Part shown: piece after piece, positions 61,669 to 64,000 of the stretch | How positions within the stretch are numbered: the first letter of the stretch is position 1 | How the letters are laid out: each line of letters begins with the position of its first letter | Position numbers and translations under genes: made by a program | The notes under the pieces: generated by a model | The model's database searches: none | Seen by the model: only the letters and a program-made list of their open reading frames with translations | What the model was told of the DNA's origin: nothing | Assembly: GCF_000143415.4 (NCBI RefSeq) | Contig: NW_003314305.1 | Location: forward strand, 433,709-497,708 | DNA length: 64,000 nucleotides | Reading direction: 5' to 3' | Source: Selaginella moellendorffii | Taxonomy: Eukaryota; Plantae; Lycopodiophyta

Positions 61669-63312
61669 TCACACTGCAATGATCTTGATCACCGCAGCAT
61701 CCCCAATCCTCTGGAGCGCTATAATCGATTCCCCAGCTCGGCACATCTTCCTCTCCACAGCATACTTCACCGCCGCCCCAAAAATCTCCTCGCAAGACTC
61801 CGCCTCCGTTGCCTTCCAGTCTCCTTGCGCTAGCAATGGCACCAATCCCCTCACCACCAAGCTATGCCGCGCCGGAGACTCGCTACTCCACCACCACGTC
61901 AAGCTATCCGTCCTCACCACCGGCACCGCGATCGATAGAACCGGTACCATTGGTCGATACTTCGCTACCAGCTTCGCCGTGGTACCACCCCGCGTCAGCA
62001 CCACGATGAGCGAAGCTTTCACCTCCTTGGCCGTCTGGACCGCCGTGGAAGCCAGGCTCTCGAGCGGGCTGAGCGGCAGTAGCGATTGATCCATGATCGC
62101 CTTGAAGATGGCCGGGTAGTCGAGCGAGTTCTCGGCCTCGACGCAGATCTTGGCCATGGTTGCTACCGCGAGCTCCGGATAGAGCCCCGCGGCGGTCTCA
62201 CCGCTGAGCATCACCGCGTCGGTGCCGTCGAGGACTGCGTTGGCGACGTCCGTGGCCTCGGCTCTCGTGGGTCTCGGGCACTTGATCATGGATTCTAGCA
62301 TCTGCGTCGCGGTGATCACGGGCTTTCCAGCGGCGTTGCACTTGTAGATCATCATCTTCTGCGCCAGGAAGATCTTCTCCGTTGGGATCTCCATGCCGAG
62401 ATCGCCCCTGGCCACCATGATCGCGTCCGACTCACGGAGGATCTCGTCGAAGTTCACCAGTCCTTCCTGGTTCTCGATCTAAACTTCCAAGAGATCATGT
62501 AAGAAAAACTATGATCCATCAAGAGAAACGAAAGAAAAAGCTAACCTTGGAGATGATCTGGATTGTTCTTGCCGCGGTGGGGTGATGATCGCTCAAGAGC
62601 TTCCTCACGTTGATCAGATCCTGGGCCTTGCGGACGAAGGAGAGAGCGATGAAATCGATGCTATTGGGAATGCCCCACTCCAGGATGTCCTTCACGTCCT
62701 TCTCGGTCACGGTTGGAAGATCCACGACGACGCCTGGGAGATTGACGTTCTTCCTCTCGCCAAGAACAGCCGTGTTCTCGCAGCGGCACACGATCGTCCC
62801 GGCGCTTGGATCGCAGGAGACCACCGTGAACGTGATCGTGCCGTCGGCGCAGAGGATCACGTTCCCTGGAGCTAGATCCTCCGCGAGCCGCTTGTAGCTC
62901 ATCGCGATCGTCGTCTCGTTGCCCTGGATGCTGTAGTCCGTGGTGATCGTGATGACATTCCCCTCTTTCAGCTGGATTGGAGCTCCATCCTTGAGCATTC
63001 CAGTGCGAATCTCTGGCCCCTGGAGGAACGACTCAAGGAAAAAGATTTCCGAGATCCATCGCTCACCTTCGTGTCGAGCATCACGGCGCACAGGATCTTC
63101 GTGCTGGCCATCGCCGCGCGGAGATTGCTGACCGTTTCGCGGTGGTAGTCGTGAGATCCGTGCGAGAAATTGAAGCGCGCCACATTCATGCCGGCGCGCA
63201 GGAGATTCTCGAGAATGGGGATCTCGCGAGACTTGGGGCCTAGCGTGCACACGATCTTCGTCTTGGCCAGTGACGCGCGATCGCTGCTGCTAGAGCGAAA
63301 GATTCCTTCCAT
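61669..63312 (-). CDS. PK: Pyruvate kinase, cytosolic type, 3 exons
   Basis: Motifs KTKIVCTLGP, MNVARFNFSHG, DTKGPEIRTG, IMVARGDLGMEIP and TRAEATDVANAVLDGTD. Confidence 0.97.
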
Positions 63313-63496
63313 CGCCCCCTTTCTCCTGCCCTAAATTCCTTAAACCCTAAACCCCCAATGCAAGATTTTGTGTGAATATTCTGGTAAGTTAACGCCTCTC
63401 TTAACAGGTAACTTTTGTGTAACTTTTATAACTCCAACAACATAAAAGGTTAAACATGTTTATATATAACCTTGTTAAGGGCCCTAATAGCTTGAC

Positions 63497-64000
63497 ATGT
63501 TGAGTAAGACTATTGCGTGGGTTTTGAGGCATGGTGCTGTCAAAATGGATTTGAAGATTCGCAGCGACGGATATTGCAATATCAAGGATTTGCTAGAGTT
63601 GGACGTGAAAGCTAGCGATGGAATCCCGCTCGCTTCATTCACAGTAGCCGACGTGATCAACATGGTAGCCTGCGATCCAAAGCAGAGATTCTCAACTATC
63701 GAGGAGGACGACGGCCAAGTTTACATACGGGCCAACCAAGGTCATACCATGGATGTTGTGCAGACAACGGAGCTGCTAAGGGAGATCAAGTCCGCCGACG
63801 AAGTGCCTGTGTGCGTCCACGGCACCTTTCGAAACAACTTTAGGGGGATTCGCAAAACGGGTCTCAAGCGAATGAAGAGGAACCATATACACTTTGCGAC
63901 GGGTTTGCCTCAAGACGGTGTGATAAGTGGGATGAGGAGCAACTGTGAGGTGCTCATATACTTGGATTTGGCCAAAGCCATGAAGGATGGCATGAAGTTC
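63497..64000 (+). CDS. TPT1: tRNA 2'-phosphotransferase (Tpt1/KptA), truncated by the window end
   Basis: Manual translation: MLSKTIAWVLRHGA...RSDGY...DPKQRF...IRANQGHT...VHGT...GLKRMKRNHIHF...ISGMR; open to the window end. Confidence 0.92.
   Translation, partial: MLSKTIAWVLRHGAVKMDLKIRSDGYCNIKDLLELDVKASDGIPLASFTVADVINMVACDPKQRFSTIEEDDGQVYIRANQGHTMDVVQTTELLREIKSADEVPVCVHGTFRNNFRGIRKTGLKRMKRNHIHFATGLPQDGVISGMRSNCEVLIYLDLAKAMKDGMKF

Noticed and set aside
21841-64000. ADPRM plus Tpt1 as an ADP-ribose pathway cluster
   Set aside because: They are ~41 kb apart with many unrelated genes between them.

Overview
This is a gene-dense eukaryotic window from a land plant. The very short (about 45-60 nt) GT-AG introns, a PLS-DYW PPR gene, Crinkler-like genes and lineage-specific F-box genes suggest the lycophyte Selaginella (inference). 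The left ~42 kb is mostly ordinary genes: TEX2-like SMP protein, tRNA-Ser, two RPL35, MAKR/BKI1-like, GT43/IRX9-like, RPL23, ADPRM, tRNA-Val, WAT1/UMAMIT, PPR-DYW, CSI1, SWIB and VHA-H. Three items stand out. (i) A spliced, frameshifted gene at 918-4078 fuses a ParB-like domain to a prokaryote-type beta-class DNA amino-methyltransferase, with a deleted tandem copy next to it. (ii) A four-exon CLE peptide precursor (RLVPTGPDPLHH) is present that the ORF track misses. (iii) One gene encodes an SGS3-like zinc finger, a coiled coil and a RING finger. Crinkler-like REase-kinase and NTPase relics are also present. From about 42 to 61.6 kb the window is a rearrangement mosaic: an AT-rich tandem-repeat island, then direct and inverted duplications carrying pieces of neighbouring genes (VHA-H four times, PPR, F-box, an orphan family). 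The window ends with pyruvate kinase and a truncated Tpt1. Exon boundaries were read by eye and no database searches were run.
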